This document shows positions 63,901 through 64,000 of a DNA stretch of 64,000 nucleotides, piece by piece. Position numbers and translations under genes: made by a program. Every line of letters begins with the position of its first letter. Position 1 is the stretch's first letter. The stretch is from Eledone cirrhosa (Eukaryota), in contig OZ024758.1 of assembly GCA_964016885.1 (NCBI GenBank), positions 32,798,001 through 32,862,000 on the forward strand, given 5' to 3'. The notes under the pieces are model-generated. The model did not search any database. It saw nothing but the letters and a program-made list of their open reading frames with translations, and was not told the DNA's origin.

Positions 63901-64000
63901 GGTAGTAGTAGTAGTAGGGTGAAGGTGGTAGTAGTAGTAGTAGGGTGAAGGTGGTAGTAGTAGTAGGGTGGAGGTGGTAGTAGTAGTAGGGTGGAGGTGG
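57968..64000. repeat. G-rich satellite, 23-bp unit GGGTGGAGGTGGTAGTAGTAGTA, over 6 kb and open-ended
   Basis: Direct reading; variant units GGGTTAAGG, GGGTGAAGG, GGGTGCAGG, GGATGGAGG and GAGTGGAGG. Confidence 0.98.

Noticed and set aside
57968-64000. Canonical telomere
   Set aside because: There is no run of (TTAGGG)n; the unit is 23 bp with only partial resemblance, so it is kept as a satellite.

Overview
AT-rich eukaryotic (animal) genomic DNA with no host gene I can support. The repeat repertoire suggests a mollusc, probably a coleoid cephalopod; this is an inference from the repeats only. 1-7.3 kb: a cluster of RTE-type LINE copies in both orientations whose RT protein carries an embedded PHD-type zinc finger. 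7-45 kb: a mosaic of tRNA-type SINEs, TTAA-flanked piggyBac-like MITEs, mariner/pogo MITEs, a Helitron-like element, a decayed Penelope-like element (RT + GIY-YIG), CR1 and other LINE fragments, micro/minisatellites, and several foldbacks with hammerhead-ribozyme-like folds next to (TA)n tracts. 45.8-57.4 kb: two head-to-tail full-length Tx1/L1-like non-LTR retrotransposons embedded in a (TCTG)n/TCCATG microsatellite; both have an in-frame TGA-ATG at the same position in ORF1. 57.4-64 kb: G-rich 21-bp and 23-bp satellites running off the window end. Most ORFs in the supplied track are shadows of simple repeats. All alignments and folds were done by eye, so coordinates may be a few bases off.
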